64,000 nucleotides of DNA, taken from positions 62,001 through 126,000 of the forward strand of contig NW_027192215.1 of assembly GCF_041956535.1 (NCBI RefSeq), in the 5' to 3' direction. Made by a program: the position numbers and the translations under genes. Below are positions 61,987 through 64,000 of this stretch, piece by piece. The notes beneath the pieces are model-generated. The model worked only from the letters and a program-made list of their open reading frames with translations, searched no databases and was not told where the DNA came from. Every line of letters starts with the position of its first letter. Position 1 is the stretch's first letter. The stretch is from Calcarisporiella thermophila CBS 279.70. Its lineage: Eukaryota > Fungi > Calcarisporiellomycota.

Positions 61987-63066
61987 ATGGTCAATCTTAT
62001 TGTCACGACTTTGTTTTTCTTTTATGCTTCCCTCGCAACCTCTGCCCCTGTCCCCTCGGCGCCCGAAAGCACGACCGCCCCCGCCGCCCATGCCCGTGAA
62101 CTTGCTAAGGATATGAAGTGGATGACTCCGGGCTATGTGTTCGAATACGGAATACGACCATTTGAGGTGATGGGAGATGCCGGGCTGATGAAGAGAACGG
62201 ACGGCATCATAGTCGAAAAGGAGAAACCGGAAAAGCCTAGCAGTCCGGTCAGCTCAGCCAAGCCCGAGGCAACGAAGACAAGCGTTGCAGCAAAACCGGC
62301 TGAAACGGGAAAAAAACAGACCACTGAGAACACGGGCAAGAAGGAGAACCCGAAGCCTAAGGGTAAAAAGAAGAACAAGAAGAAGAACAAAAATAAGAAA
62401 AAGAAGGGGAAGAAGGGCGGCAAGGATAAAAAGCAAAAGAATAAGGCGAAGAACGCTTCGTCCAAAGAAAATGCAACAGAGGCTGGCGCCAAGAAAGAAA
62501 CCACGGCTACTGGAGGCGCCGACACCAAGTCCATGGAAGCTACGAAGAGCACTGGAACCAAATCCAGCACAAAGGAGGGCGGAATCAAGAGCAACACTAC
62601 CGCAAAGGCAGAACCCAAGAGTAAAGGCAACACCAACACCAAGGTGGAATCCAAAAACGCGGACAAGACAAAGGCCAAAGATGTTTCCAAGGCTAAATCC
62701 GAGTCGCAGACTTCTGCAAAGGGCCAAAATACAAGCACCACTACGAAGACTGGAACCACCACGGCCACCTCCTCTTCCGGCACTGGCGGCGAGAAGAAAG
62801 TGTCTGAGGATAAGAATGGCAATAAGATTATTATTGAGGAGGAGAACTGCGATGACGAGGGTAATGGCTCCCGCACCGTGACTAAGACCGTGATCAAAAA
62901 GCCAAAGACCAAAACCACCGTGTCTAAAGGTAAGGACGGTTCTGTACAAAAGACCGTCTCAACTGAGTCAGGAAAATCGCAGAAATCAGTTACCACCGAC
63001 AACAACGGCGGGAAAACGGTCACCACTGTATCCGAATCTTCTAGTCAATCCTCCTCCTCCTCCTAA
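61987..63066 (+). CDS. Secreted Lys/Thr/Ser-rich low-complexity protein of unknown function
   Basis: MVNLIVTTLFFFYASLATSAP signal peptide; KR site; poly-Lys tract; T/K-rich C-terminus. Confidence 0.75.
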   Translation: MVNLIVTTLFFFYASLATSAPVPSAPESTTAPAAHARELAKDMKWMTPGYVFEYGIRPFEVMGDAGLMKRTDGIIVEKEKPEKPSSPVSSAKPEATKTSVAAKPAETGKKQTTENTGKKENPKPKGKKKNKKKNKNKKKKGKKGGKDKKQKNKAKNASSKENATEAGAKKETTATGGADTKSMEATKSTGTKSSTKEGGIKSNTTAKAEPKSKGNTNTKVESKNADKTKAKDVSKAKSESQTSAKGQNTSTTTKTGTTTATSSSGTGGEKKVSEDKNGNKIIIEEENCDDEGNGSRTVTKTVIKKPKTKTTVSKGKDGSVQKTVSTESGKSQKSVTTDNNGGKTVTTVSESSSQSSSSS

Positions 63067-64000
63067 ACTACCCTTTTCTATTTGAAATGAATAACTCTAT
63101 TTATTTCCCCCTCAGAAGATCTATCCTGCAATATTTATTTATTTATTTATTTTCTTTCGCATCGCGCTCTATTATTATATGAGACTTCGCTACACGGTGT
63201 ATTATACATGCAGCTATTCATTCCTTCAGGCGATATCAATACGTTTTACTCTCCACTAAAGTGCTCTATTTTACCACAAATAAAACGGTGAAAGCCCCCA
63301 TTTTAATACAAACTGGCAAACTAGCTATTTTTAAAAGAAAAAATATCAATAATATTAGGTAAATATACTCCCCAATATGTCCTGTGGATATACTCGGATT
63401 AGTTAAAATAATGTTGACTAATGAAAGAGGGACAATTTCAAGATATCAACCTTTGGTTACAAATATTGCGAGGAAGAAGTAGTCACGGGTCATTTCGTCT
63501 GCCAAGTCTGATTGTTTATGATATCTGTCCAAAAAGGAATTAAATGCCGCATCATGATTGGACTTGAAGACCACACAAAATTCTGATACTTTTCTGATGA
63601 TCGACGTCATCACAATCTCCACGTTGAGTAAAGATTTCTTATTTAAAAGGTCCAGTCGGTTAATTCGTGGTCTTAAAAATCGAGTGACACCTTTTTCCAC
63701 GGCCCCAGCATTTACCACGACTTGCGTCGCGCTAGTTTACTCTTGTCCAGGTCGCGTTTTGTCTCTCTATTTTTTGCCACCAAAGAGCATTAAGGTCAGA
63801 TGATGGGCACTCTATTATTTCACTCCCCCTCCGTTCCGTTGACATCTCTTTAAATTCTTCTAATTCCTCCTCCTTCAGGTAAAGGGGTCCCCTTCTCTGC
63901 TCAAGCTTAGTCTAGTACTTGTAGATCTAGTGTTTGGTCTTCCATGGCTACAAGGTAAACAAACATGTTCTATGAGATCGTGTGCTGGACTTGCCCATTG

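Noticed and set aside
63446-64000. Minus-strand protein-like frames with several in-frame TAG stops
   Set aside because: Possibly a pseudogene or TE relic, but no family is identifiable and it is cut by the window edge.

Overview
Gene-dense, intron-rich fungal chromosome segment. An early-diverging, Mucoromycota-like host is inferred from gene style and is not proven. About 26 protein-coding genes are supportable. Housekeeping genes: ARMC8/Vid28, eRF1, SPC3, DBP5, SDH1, CHS7, COG8, DCAF7-like, HSF, p24 and SWI3/RSC8. Lipid enzymes: WS/DGAT, long-chain acyl-CoA synthetase, a P450-reductase fusion, two ALDHs and a CRAL-TRIO protein. There is also a tandem HEN1 plus HAD/2H RNA-repair-like pair and several secreted low-complexity proteins. 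The most striking feature is an AT-rich island (~20.3-28.4 kb) carrying two unrelated, intronless, foreign-looking small secreted protein genes: a Streptomyces-type SH3b protein and a class I hydrophobin. They sit behind homologous copies of the same promoter/5'UTR (44/52 nt identical, ungapped, with weaker similarity ~100 bp further upstream) and have similar signal peptides. This suggests a reusable promoter-plus-secretion cassette loaded with different cargo. No rRNA, tRNA, CRISPR array or intact transposon was recognised. All calls come from reading motifs by eye; no database search was run.
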